Source: a virus (taxonomy: Duplodnaviria > Heunggongvirae > Uroviricota > Caudoviricetes). Taken from it: 36,901 nucleotides of DNA. This document shows positions 20,341 through 28,954 of this stretch, piece after piece. The DNA lies in the IMG/VR virus record IMGVR_UViG_2802429253_000012; one strand, written 5' to 3'. The notes beneath the pieces are model-generated. The model saw only the letters and a list, made by a program, of their open reading frames with translations. It made no database searches and was not told the origin of the DNA. Position 1 is the first letter of the stretch. Each line of letters opens with the position of its first letter. The position numbers and the translations under genes are program-made.

Positions 20341-20704
20341 GGTCAATGTATAAGATAAATCATTTTAATTGTAATAAAAATCGAGGTGTCGGGTGCCTCC
20401 CGAAATATCTGTCCCTACAACAAATATTGTGATTCCCCGCTAAACCACTATATAAACCACCCTCGCACTGAGGAACACCTCTGTGGTGCTTTTACAACAC
20501 CAGAATGATGCATCACCGACCCTGCCAGGAAATACAAAATCTCCACCGATAATGCACCATTCTGCTGTCGTAAAAAAATCAGCACTGAGGCTACACCTGG
20601 CCTCAAATCATAGCCAGAGAACAGAATGCTTTTCCAAAACAACCTGCTCCCACGTAATAAAAAATACGCCAGTGCCGTGATACAATAAGGCTTGTTTCAA
20701 ATGC

Positions 20705-20779
<75 letters not shown>

Positions 20780-20782
20780 ATA

Positions 20783-20858
<76 letters not shown>

Positions 20859-21089
20859 ATTGGTTCTTCAGGGGAGCGATATCACCGAGCAAAGAAGAGT
20901 TCCCCCTCAGAACCGTTTTCGATGATACGATTTAATATTCCAATCGCAACAACACTTTGCGTCAAGTTATGTAAATTTATTTGTATGTTTTTATTTTATG
21001 TGAATAATTCACCTTCACTTAAAATATACATGACAATGTATAAACAAATTTATTTTGAAGGTAATTATTAAATGTCGTTTCTTATATCA

Positions 21090-21126
21090 CACCACAAAAA
21101 CAACAAAACCCGCTCGATGGCGGGTT
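21090..21126 (-). terminator. tR'-like intrinsic terminator downstream of the Q-like gene (stem aacccgc/gcgggtt, then UUUUGUUGUUUUUG)
   Basis: Hairpin and U-rich tail read on the minus strand, about 90 nt after the Q-like stop and upstream of the tRNAs. Confidence 0.55.
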
Positions 21127-21211
21127 CTATTAAAGTTTAATTGCGCTTGATTCGCCTCGCGATACAGCTTTGCGAAGCATAGCAAAATTGAAGCAGTTTA
21201 TGCGTAAAAAA

Positions 21212-21754
21212 TCAAGCCGTTTTTTGAGCGAATGATTCTCGCATGGGAATGTATAGCGCATACTCAGCAACGGCCAACCAATTAGCAATTCGCTTTTCGC
21301 ATGTGCTAAAACACCACTCTGGGTGCGCATCATTTAGCAATTCAGCCATTTTGCGTTTGGTCATCCCCCGCCCCTCATACCGTTGCCGAAGGACGCTAAT
21401 CAATCCTGGATGCTCTGCCAGCACCTCACTTATGACCCGATCAATACATAACGCCTCTGCATCAGTACAATGCGCCAGCCAGCTCTTTTGCTTACCGTTA
21501 ATCATATCCCGCAAAAAAGCCTCAAGTTCAGACTTGTTCAGACCTGCTTTTTTCATCCTCCGGAGCGCCTCGTTAATTGCCGTTTTTGTCAGCTTTTTAG
21601 AGGCCAACAACTGGTTGAACATATTCCCCGTCTTACCGCCACCAATATACGACCAGCGACCCCACATACGCAGTTTTCCCTGAATCCAGACACTTTCCAG
21701 CGTGGTGAGACGAAGGTGTTCTCCGCTTTTTCCTGTATTCGTTGGGTAAATCAT
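21212..21754 (-). CDS. Putative late-gene antiterminator Q (assigned by position; family not recognised with certainty)
   Basis: 180-aa frame from the ATG at 21754, whose ATG overlaps the upstream stop as ATGA; sits between nin-region genes and the terminator/tRNA/lysis block. Confidence 0.5.
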   Translation of the reverse strand: MIYPTNTGKSGEHLRLTTLESVWIQGKLRMWGRWSYIGGGKTGNMFNQLLASKKLTKTAINEALRRMKKAGLNKSELEAFLRDMINGKQKSWLAHCTDAEALCIDRVISEVLAEHPGLISVLRQRYEGRGMTKRKMAELLNDAHPEWCFSTCEKRIANWLAVAEYALYIPMRESFAQKTA

Positions 21755-22041
21755 AAATAACCTTCCTTTCTCCAGATTTCTTGTGTGCGAAAAACACCTT
21801 CTGCATGCATCAGGCGTAATTCTTCTTTGATGTAATCGCTGGTTTTTACCCGCCCGTCGATTAAATCGTGGCATGAGCTACAGGCAATCGCTGCCTGCAT
21901 ATCGTGTGGTTTTGTCGCTGTTCCGCACGTCCCTGCCAACCTGTAATGCGCCAGCACAGAAGTTTCGGGATTGTGATTGCAGTAGCCAGGGATTCTGACC
22001 TGGCACATCTGGCCCCGCGCCGCTTTACGTAAATCCACCAT
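21751..22041 (-). CDS. YbcO-like (DUF1364) Cys-rich nin-region protein, putative nuclease
   Basis: 96-aa ORF with CQVRIPGYC and CSSCH motifs; closely resembles my recollection of E. coli DLP12 YbcO. Confidence 0.7.
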   Translation of the reverse strand: MVDLRKAARGQMCQVRIPGYCNHNPETSVLAHYRLAGTCGTATKPHDMQAAIACSSCHDLIDGRVKTSDYIKEELRLMHAEGVFRTQEIWRKEGYL

Positions 22042-22640
22042 TACGCAAACTCCAGTAGCTGCGCGGCCACATTTTCGACTTGTTCCGGAGAGGAAAATTT
22101 ACGGAACAGAATCCAGTTCCACAGCACATTCAGTACAGATTTATAAACCTGCTGAAACTCGGTTTCGTCCATATTCGCAAACGCGATGGATTTCGCCCGA
22201 CGCCCACGACTACCATCAGGATAAAAATGCTCGGTGTAAAATCCGGCCTGAATGGTTACCCACTCGCGGAAAGCGTCAAATGATTTGAGCAATGCCATAT
22301 CCCGGGTTCTGCGTGTCGCAACGGTATTCAGATATTGTTCCGCGGCATCACTCAGAGCTGGCGTATGTTCCCTGCCTACTGATTCACACAGGTAATCAAC
22401 GAAGCCGAACACCATTTCTCGTTCGCGAGGTGTAATCGCCCCACCGACCGGAGTCCAGTAATCGAATCCCAGTTGCAGGAGTTTGAAAAAACGCTTGTGG
22501 AATGCGTAGTTACGCACACGCTTAAAGTCTGCGTGTATCCACTCACCTATTTTGATTTGATGCAGAAAATCGCAACTCTCCGGCGTCGCCGGGAGAAGTA
22601 AACCAGAAGAAGTTTGTTTGACCAGTTGTATATGCGCCAT
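22041..22640 (-). CDS. Conserved nin-region hypothetical protein
   Basis: 199-aa ORF whose stop overlaps the YbcO-like start; no family confidently recognised. Confidence 0.55.
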   Translation of the reverse strand: MAHIQLVKQTSSGLLLPATPESCDFLHQIKIGEWIHADFKRVRNYAFHKRFFKLLQLGFDYWTPVGGAITPREREMVFGFVDYLCESVGREHTPALSDAAEQYLNTVATRRTRDMALLKSFDAFREWVTIQAGFYTEHFYPDGSRGRRAKSIAFANMDETEFQQVYKSVLNVLWNWILFRKFSSPEQVENVAAQLLEFA

Positions 22641-22913
22641 TTCTCAATCTCTCGATGGCGCAGTGCAGCAGATGCCAGTTGTTCAGGCTGACGTATGAAG
22701 TATAAATAAACTGGCTCCAGTGTAAAGTCCCCACCTTAATGAAATAAAAACCAAACAACAGATTGCCGGGATAAAAACAACGCTTATTATTAAAAGCGGT
22801 TAAACAAATTAAATTTTAATGTTATGCAAATCTACCAGATCACCATAATATCTCATTTGAAAACCACTGAAATAACAATCCTATCAAGATCAATCATATT
22901 AAGGTGAGTAAAT

Positions 22914-23000
22914 ATGGAAAACAACAAATCTGCACATTACGCTCCTTTTTTATCTGTAATACTTTTTGTTTTATGCTGTGCGTGGGCATTATTTTTATAA
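22914..23000 (+). CDS. Candidate 28-aa small hydrophobic protein (MENNKSAHYAPFLSVILFVLCCAWALFL)
   Basis: Not in the ORF track; ATG at 22914 with AAGGTGAG RBS 5 nt upstream; single predicted TM helix; in an AT-rich gap. Confidence 0.3.
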   Translation: MENNKSAHYAPFLSVILFVLCCAWALFL

Positions 23001-23106
23001 AAATATTTACAGATAAAATAAACTCGCCAAAACTGGTTAAGTGTGGGTGCGTTGAGGATGCATAATACATCAGAGGTGGCGAGGGATTTCTCCCTCGCCC
23101 GGTCTC

Positions 23107-23262
23107 TTACTCCTCAGGTTCGTAAGCTGTGAAGACAGCGACCTCCGTCTGCCCGGTTCGGATTCGTACCTCGCAGAGGTCTTTCCTCGTTACCAGTGCC
23201 GTCACTATGACGGTTAAACAGATGACGATCAGGGCGATTAACATCGCCTTTTGCTGCTTCAT
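23107..23262 (-). CDS. hok: Hok/Gef-family type I toxin
   Basis: 51-aa frame MKQQKAMLIALIVICLTVIVTALVTRKDLCEVRIRTGQTEVAVFTAYEPEE matches the Hok family along its length; AAGGAG RBS; in-frame 19-codon upstream extension (mok-like) to 23319. Confidence 0.85.
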   Translation of the reverse strand: MKQQKAMLIALIVICLTVIVTALVTRKDLCEVRIRTGQTEVAVFTAYEPEE

Positions 23263-23499
23263 AGCCTGCTTCTCCTTGCCTTTCGGCACGTAAGAGGCTA
23301 ACCTACATGTGTTCAGCATAGATTGAGCCTCAGATTAATGTTAAGCGTCTTGCAGGACGCGTAATGTTAACTGGGGCTTTTCTCTATCTGCCTTTTGGTG
23401 TTCATGCCTGAGGCAGATAGCCTCAAGCACCCGCAGCAATTTTACTTAACTCCCGCTACCTCGCCAATATGAAATCAATAAGAAAGGTGCTCCATAAAA

Positions 23500-24186
23500 T
23501 CACTCCTTCTCTTCTTTACCGTAGTGGAGTTGACCAATTTTGATAAGAGGGCGTCCCTGAGATTTGCGGTGTAGATTGGTATCGCGCAGAGAATACACAC
23601 AGCCACAATATTCCTGCTGATAGAATTTTTCGCGCTTGCTGATTTCAATCATGCGGGACGAGCCGCCCTGCTTGCGCCAGTTATAATCCCAGTACACCAT
23701 GCCCGGATAATGCGCGACGGCTCGCCGCCCACAGTCGTTAACCTGCTGCATATTTTTCCAGCGTGAAATGCCCAGTGAACTGCTGATCACACTGAAACCA
23801 TTTTCAGCAGCGTACAGCGCTGTCCGCTCAAAACGCATGTCAAAACACATGGTACAACGGATCCCCCTCTCGGGCTCCCATTCCATTCCTTTGGCACGTT
23901 CAAACCAGTTGTCTGTGTCGTAATCAGCATCAATAAATGGCACGCCGTGTTGTTCAGCAAAGCGAATATTCTCATCCTTACGAATTAAATACTCTTTCTG
24001 AGGATGAATGTTCGGGTTGTAGAAAAAGATGGTATAGTCGATTCCCGAGGCCTGAAGCGCCTCCATCACTTCACCGGAACATGGAGCACAGCAAGAGTGC
24101 AGTAGTAGTTTGTTTGCCCCGTTTGGGAGCTCCAATTTAGGCCGTTTGAAATCAGCAATAGTCATAAATATTTTTATTGGGGTCAT
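23500..24186 (-). CDS. QueH-like (DUF208) putative Fe-S epoxyqueuosine reductase homologue
   Basis: 228-aa ORF with motifs [28 protein letters not shown] and C-terminal YCGCVYS that I recall as characteristic of DUF208/QueH; no obvious SD at either candidate start. Confidence 0.55.
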   Translation of the reverse strand: MTPIKIFMTIADFKRPKLELPNGANKLLLHSCCAPCSGEVMEALQASGIDYTIFFYNPNIHPQKEYLIRKDENIRFAEQHGVPFIDADYDTDNWFERAKGMEWEPERGIRCTMCFDMRFERTALYAAENGFSVISSSLGISRWKNMQQVNDCGRRAVAHYPGMVYWDYNWRKQGGSSRMIEISKREKFYQQEYCGCVYSLRDTNLHRKSQGRPLIKIGQLHYGKEEKE

Positions 24187-24349
24187 GAAAATAGCACAGA
24201 GTGTAGCATCAGAGCAGGGCTATCGGGAATAGATGTCTAAATCTGGTAATATCTGCTTTTGACACAAAGCAGACAACCACGCTAGCTCAATCCTGTGCCG
24301 TGAAAATGTCAATTCACATCTGAACTAATGCTCTTTAATCGAGTAACGT

Positions 24350-24766
24350 CTATAAATAACGAAAATTTCTCTGATAAAATGCCAGTATGCGCTGCATAAC
24401 TTCGCTCTTCCGGCACTCACAGCAAATTATGTTTTGGTGCCTGTCATAACGACGTATTTCTCCGTCAGGTAATGACCAGATAAGGTCCGGATCAACCACA
24501 GATGGTTTCTTCACCTTTGCCCTAGATAGTTTTTTGCGGGCATTTTGCCAGTCCTTACGAGCCTGTTCAGACGGGAATAACCCGTAGCCAGAGTTGTATA
24601 CATCGCCACTGGCAACCAGCTCTCTGGCGAGAACGCTCATCAGATATCTTGTCGCACCTGTCTTGGCTTCCAGTTGCCGTAACGTCTCGCGCCCACTCCG
24701 GCGTACTAGCTCAACAACCTGTCCCTTGATTTTTTCCCGCTCTTCTTGTGTAAATACTTTTGCCAT
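24350..24766 (-). CDS. Hypothetical HTH-like DNA-binding protein
   Basis: 138-aa frame from the ATG at 24766 with GGAGG RBS; central helix-turn-helix-like segment and C-terminal CCECR motif. Confidence 0.5.
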   Translation of the reverse strand: MAKVFTQEEREKIKGQVVELVRRSGRETLRQLEAKTGATRYLMSVLARELVASGDVYNSGYGLFPSEQARKDWQNARKKLSRAKVKKPSVVDPDLIWSLPDGEIRRYDRHQNIICCECRKSEVMQRILAFYQRNFRYL

Positions 24767-24781
24767 AAGCGCCTCCGGCAA

Positions 24782-25543
24782 TCACTTTTCCGATGCAACA
24801 CAGCGAGAAGAATCAGTAATCTGTCGAACAATATCCCGGTGCTTGTTCAGCTCCCGCAGCGCGGCGCAGACACGCTCCCACTTCTGGACATGATTTTTCG
24901 CCCGACGCAGTTCGCGGTTTGCCATATGCAGCGATGGCAGAACGAGGTCATCCGCTCGCGTTTCGGTAAACGATGGCAACGACTGCACAATGTCCGCCAC
25001 AGTTTCTGTTTTAATATCTTCCTGTGTTGCAGCTTCCTGTCCCGGTAACGCAACACCTGCTGGTTGAGGAAAGGCTTTACCATCAGTTTCCGTTACCGAT
25101 GCAGCTTTCGGCTCTGCTGGTAAATCATCGCCCGGCATGCAGTAACGAAATTTACCGTTCTGATTAACGCGAATCAGACGGCCTTTGCTGATTGCCATTG
25201 CCAGCGTTGAAGCCACTTTGCGTGATGTGGTGCCGAAAAACGTAGCCAGTTCATCCGCCGTTTGTGGGCCACGTTGTTCAATCGTCGCGGTTAAATCGCA
25301 CTCTGAGATTTTCGCTACTGTTGCCGTGGTGGTTTCTTCCGGCAGTTCTGCCTGCTCTGGCTGTTCCTGCTGAACGTTGTTATCAGCCACACGCCAGGTG
25401 TATACGCTTTTATCAACGAAGCCAGCCTTTTTAAGTTCCCACAGCTCGTTCAGCACTTCTTCACGACTGATATCAAGTCGCGCAGCCAGTTCTACCGACG
25501 TGGCTTTTCCCATTGCTTTCAGTGCATCAAAAACGGTTTCCAT
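24782..25543 (-). CDS. Tandem winged-helix-like protein downstream of the replication genes
   Basis: 253-aa frame from the ATG at 25543 with GGGAGGA RBS; two HTH-like segments and an acidic low-complexity linker. Confidence 0.5.
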   Translation of the reverse strand: METVFDALKAMGKATSVELAARLDISREEVLNELWELKKAGFVDKSVYTWRVADNNVQQEQPEQAELPEETTTATVAKISECDLTATIEQRGPQTADELATFFGTTSRKVASTLAMAISKGRLIRVNQNGKFRYCMPGDDLPAEPKAASVTETDGKAFPQPAGVALPGQEAATQEDIKTETVADIVQSLPSFTETRADDLVLPSLHMANRELRRAKNHVQKWERVCAALRELNKHRDIVRQITDSSRCVASEK

Positions 25544-25565
25544 TAAAATTTCCTCCCGGTAAAAA

Positions 25566-26312
25566 TCACTTCGCAATTCTTGGCTGGACGACATTCGGAC
25601 GCCAGCTCTCCCAGTTAAAATTCACCCATCGCCCGCCGTTCATGGTCATGCGATCCATAATCCGCTCGCCGAGCAATGTTTTCATGGCCTCATAGTTCAG
25701 GTTTGTCAGCATCCCCACGCTGCGCATCGACGCTGTCCGGCGATCAACAATCTGGTGCAGCACCACCTGCTCGTTTTTTGTCTCGCGCTGAATGCCAATT
25801 TCATCAAGAACCAGCAGATCCACTTGGCACAGTTCCCGCAAAAATTTTTCGCCTGATTGCCCGTCGTCATAGCTGGCGTGTAGAGCACTCATGACATCAG
25901 CCACGGTAACCACAATCACTGTCTGGCCATCTTTCAGCAGGCGATTCCCGATAGCCGCCGCCAGATGGTTTTTTCCGGTACCAGGTTTTCCGCTGAACGC
26001 AAAATTTGTACACCCGGTCATCAGTTCATCAGCGATAGATTTCGCCTGGTTCAACGCGTATCGCTGACCGTCGTTCTGCACCTGGTAATTCGCAAACGAG
26101 CATTTGCGGTGCAATGGCTGGATGCCAGAGCGATTCAGAATTTTTTCCACCCGCAACTGACGATTCTGACGGTTGATCTCCTCACAACGTTTCTGGCCTT
26201 CGGAAAGTTGCCACTCGCGCCACTCCGCTACCGTTTTGAATGGGGCGGTTACATGTGGCGGGGCCAGTCTGCGGATACGTTCAAGAATGCCTCCTGCCGC
26301 AATATTTTTCAT
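25566..26312 (-). CDS. DnaC/IstB-like replication ATPase (helicase loader)
   Basis: 248-aa ORF with Walker [12 protein letters not shown] and Walker B-like LLVLDEIG. Confidence 0.85.
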   Translation of the reverse strand: MKNIAAGGILERIRRLAPPHVTAPFKTVAEWREWQLSEGQKRCEEINRQNRQLRVEKILNRSGIQPLHRKCSFANYQVQNDGQRYALNQAKSIADELMTGCTNFAFSGKPGTGKNHLAAAIGNRLLKDGQTVIVVTVADVMSALHASYDDGQSGEKFLRELCQVDLLVLDEIGIQRETKNEQVVLHQIVDRRTASMRSVGMLTNLNYEAMKTLLGERIMDRMTMNGGRWVNFNWESWRPNVVQPRIAK

Positions 26313-26318
26313 GGTCAG

Positions 26319-27125
26319 TTACCCCCTGAAGCCTGGCGGGATCGCACTATCCGGTAACGAGACGGTGTTAACCTGTCGGAGTAACGTCTCAGGTCGAACA
26401 CCTTTTGGCGCGAACAAGCCCTGGTATTCATTGGCGATGCTGTGTCGAATCACCTGCTCAGGTGAAAAACCCTGCTGGCGGAATTTTTCCAGCTCCCGTA
26501 TCGCCCCGTTAGCGCCCTGCTCCGTTCGAATCGGTTTACGCAATGCCTGGCGAAATTCAACCCACTCACGCCAGAGCGAGACAGAAATCCAGTTCGGCAA
26601 AGCAATATCCAGAGGGTCAAACTTTTTGACACCTCGATTCCCCCGGGGGGGATTTAGGGGGGGATCTGTTTTTAGATCTTTATCTGTATCTTTATTAGTT
26701 GCCTTTGTGTTGACATCATGTTCAAACACCACTTCAACATCTGTTTGAACACCTGTTAAATTTCTCTCTTGTTTTGTTTGAACATCTGCTTCCTTTCTGC
26801 TTCTTCTGGCCTGAACCGATGCTTTTCCTGCGGCTGATTTTTTGGTTAATTTTTCCCTGACTGATGCCAGATCTTCCTCAATCCGAAGATGCACCCATTC
26901 CTCGCCGTTATCGCAAAAAAACTCCCGCAAGGATGGTTCAACATCAGCCCATCGCTCGTTAGTCAGACGGGCAATTTTTGCCAGCCTGTTTTTAGGTATT
27001 GGCTTTCCTGTTTGCCAGTAATTGAACATCAGCAACAAATACGCACCATGCTCCTCTGCTGACAAATGCATGGTGTCAGCCAGGTAATCAGCTATGTACA
27101 GTTGCATGTATGGTAATGCGGCCAT
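26319..27125 (-). CDS. Replication initiation protein (DUF1376 / YdaU-like, lambda O analogue)
   Basis: 268-aa frame from the ATG at 27125; N-terminal segment resembles DUF1376; internal iteron-like repeats; immediately upstream of the DnaC-like gene. Confidence 0.65.
   Translation of the reverse strand: MAALPYMQLYIADYLADTMHLSAEEHGAYLLLMFNYWQTGKPIPKNRLAKIARLTNERWADVEPSLREFFCDNGEEWVHLRIEEDLASVREKLTKKSAAGKASVQARRSRKEADVQTKQERNLTGVQTDVEVVFEHDVNTKATNKDTDKDLKTDPPLNPPRGNRGVKKFDPLDIALPNWISVSLWREWVEFRQALRKPIRTEQGANGAIRELEKFRQQGFSPEQVIRHSIANEYQGLFAPKGVRPETLLRQVNTVSLPDSAIPPGFRG
26719..26784. repeat. Three copies of a 10-bp core TGTTCAAACA / TGTTTGAACA inside the replication initiator gene (candidate origin iterons)
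   Basis: Cores at 26719-26728, 26741-26750 and 26775-26784, read directly from sequence. Confidence 0.4.
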
Positions 27126-27188
27126 AATTGCCCCGTATGATGCTGCCCGATTGCTTAGAATAAGCACAAACAGCATGGAAACTTTTGC

Positions 27189-27611
27189 TTAATGAACAAT
27201 GACAGAATCGTCGGAAGACCCGCCGCCGCTGAAATGCGCTTTCCGGTAAACGGCCTGGACTGCATCATCATGCGCATCAATTGCCGTACTTAACGCTTCC
27301 TGCGCCGCCAGTAATGCACGGCGTTCCAGGGTATCGAAGATGCAGAGTCGGTGACGCAGCTCGCGCGGAAGGATTGCCAGAATTGCTGGGATCAGCTTCT
27401 GAATTTTTTCTCTTTGCGTTTTCGTTTCACCTTTCAACCAACGGTGATAGATATTCTGCTGATTATTCCAGTCCTTGCCTGGTACCAGGGGCAATTCGCC
27501 GCCCCCCTGGCGCAGATATTCTTCAGTAATGGCATTGGCTACCCATGCCTGCCCTTTTTCAGCAGCTAGGGCTAACAACACTGATTCGATGTGCTCATGC
27601 TTGATTTTCAT
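27189..27611 (-). CDS. YdaT-like protein
   Basis: 140-aa ORF between the Cro-like gene and the replication genes; size and position match my recollection of Rac ydaT. Confidence 0.5.
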   Translation of the reverse strand: MKIKHEHIESVLLALAAEKGQAWVANAITEEYLRQGGGELPLVPGKDWNNQQNIYHRWLKGETKTQREKIQKLIPAILAILPRELRHRLCIFDTLERRALLAAQEALSTAIDAHDDAVQAVYRKAHFSGGGSSDDSVIVH

Positions 27612-27862
27612 GAATCAACTCCCATCAGCTTTTTCGTAGTAGTTTTATTTCTGCCAATAGTTAAAATTGCATCGGCAGAAAATAATCCGTTTGATGCATG
27701 AGCGATTTTTTCAGCGTAATTTGTTTCGCCGGTATATTCTGTGCGAGGCAACTTTCCGTTATCCATCCATTTGTAGATTGCTCTTTGGCTGACACCACAA
27801 ACGTCGGCCACAACAGAAACGCGAACAGTTTTGATTACATCTTCAAGTGTTTTCTGGTTCAT
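27608..27862 (-). CDS. Cro-like HTH regulator (YdaS-like)
   Basis: 84-aa frame from the ATG at 27862 with GAGGA RBS; HTH segment VADVCGVSQRAIYKW; divergent from the repressor gene. Confidence 0.7.
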   Translation of the reverse strand: MNQKTLEDVIKTVRVSVVADVCGVSQRAIYKWMDNGKLPRTEYTGETNYAEKIAHASNGLFSADAILTIGRNKTTTKKLMGVDS

Positions 27863-27941
27863 ATCATCCTCACAATGTGAACTTTGAGTACATGCTATAA
27901 CAGAACTGACAGTACATTCAAGAGCGAATATCATTGAACTT
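27863..27941. promoter_or_regulatory. Divergent promoter/operator region between the Cro-like and repressor genes (OR-like)
   Basis: 79-bp gap between divergent start codons; AGTACAT motif at 27887-27893 and 27911-27917. Confidence 0.5.
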
Positions 27942-28361
27942 ATGGTTCATGAAGATAAAGCGCGTAAAGAGTTCGCCAGTAGGCTTGCGCTAGCCTGTGA
28001 AAACGCTGGTTATGAACAACATGGAAGGCAGGCAGAAATTGCCCGTCGAATGAAATTAACACCAAAAGCGGTTAGCAAATGGTTTAATGGCGAAACAATT
28101 CCTCGCCGAGAGAAATTAAGGGAATTAGCAACACTCATTGGAACAACACCAACCTATCTTTTGGGAGAGGATACAGAAGAAAGTGGACAGGTACGTTTTT
28201 ATCAGGAGTTAAATCCAAGACAAAAAATCATCATTGATCTTCTGGACGAGCTCCCTGACAGTGAGACAGATGAACTTTTAAAAACTCTTGAGGAGAAAAA
28301 ACAGAAGTACAATGCAATTTACGAAGAGTTAGCACGAAAGAAAAAACAAAAAGCCTCTTAA
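27942..28361 (+). CDS. Prophage repressor (XRE-family HTH, RacR-like)
   Basis: 139-aa ORF with N-terminal HTH (QAEIARRMKLTPKAVSKWFNGE) and acidic/lysine-rich C-terminus; divergent from the Cro-like gene. Confidence 0.8.
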   Translation: MVHEDKARKEFASRLALACENAGYEQHGRQAEIARRMKLTPKAVSKWFNGETIPRREKLRELATLIGTTPTYLLGEDTEESGQVRFYQELNPRQKIIIDLLDELPDSETDELLKTLEEKKQKYNAIYEELARKKKQKAS

Positions 28362-28424
28362 ACCAGCATAAATCCGGTTGTGTCCCCCTCCGGGTTTGTG
28401 CTTCACTTTTCCCCATCTCATTTT

Positions 28425-28480
28425 TTTACACATAAAATGTACTTAAAGTACTTTACAACACTGAACACAAAGTACATTAT
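28425..28480 (+). promoter_or_regulatory. Candidate early-left promoter/operator (PL/OL-like)
   Basis: Palindrome GTACTTAAAGTAC at 28439-28451 and AGTACAT at 28471-28477; TTTACA -35-like hexamers at 28425-28430 and 28452-28457. Confidence 0.35.
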
Positions 28481-28653
28481 ATACCTACCAACCCACCCCA
28501 CCCCACCCCACAGAACGCAGGGCAATACTTCGAGTTACCAGGCAGTGGTCAGGGGTTAAGTAGCCAGCCCGAGGCGTATGAACATGACGGCGGGATTCAA
28601 ATTTTGCAGTGCAGCAGTTAGTTCCGCCACCCGGCGTTAAGGGGAGAGATAAG

Positions 28654-28788
28654 ATGGTGCATTACGAAGTAGTTCAGTATTTGATGGATTGTTGCGGTAT
28701 CACTTACAACCAGGCTGTGCAGGCTTTACGCAGCAACGACTGGGATCTCTGGCAGGCAGAAGTCGCTATACGTAGCAACAAGATGTGA
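28654..28788 (+). CDS. Small protein, YdaG-like (44 aa)
   Basis: ATG at 28654 with AAGGGGAGAG RBS; not in the ORF track; size and position match my recollection of Rac ydaG. Confidence 0.5.
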   Translation: MVHYEVVQYLMDCCGITYNQAVQALRSNDWDLWQAEVAIRSNKM

Positions 28789-28798
28789 GATTCGCAAA

Positions 28799-28954
28799 AT
28801 GCAAAAAATCGACCTCGGCAACAACGAATCCCTGGTGTGCGGCGTGTTCCCCAACCAGGATGGAACGTTCACTGCCATGACGTATACCAAAAGCAAAACA
28901 TTTAAAACCGAAACTGGTGCGCGCCGATGGTTGGAGAAGCACACAGTAAGCTAA
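28799..28954 (+). CDS. Small protein, YdaF-like (51 aa)
   Basis: ATG at 28799, stop TAA at 28952-28954; not in the ORF track; size and position match my recollection of Rac ydaF. Confidence 0.5.
   Translation: MQKIDLGNNESLVCGVFPNQDGTFTAMTYTKSKTFKTETGARRWLEKHTVS

Noticed and set aside
20346-20700. Possible third tRNA or toxin cargo between tRNA-Gly and the holin
   Set aside because: No T-arm or acceptor-stem consensus and no ORF with an RBS; the 64-aa and 62-aa frames there look random
21243-21683. 146-aa plus-strand ORF
   Set aside because: Antisense to the Q-like gene; no RBS
26173-26748. 191-aa plus-strand ORF
   Set aside because: Antisense to the DnaC-like and replication initiator genes; Ser/Arg-rich antisense artefact
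28487-28512. CCCCA tandem repeat as a CRISPR array or minisatellite
   Set aside because: Only four 5-nt units with no spacers; kept as a possible structural motif, not a CRISPR
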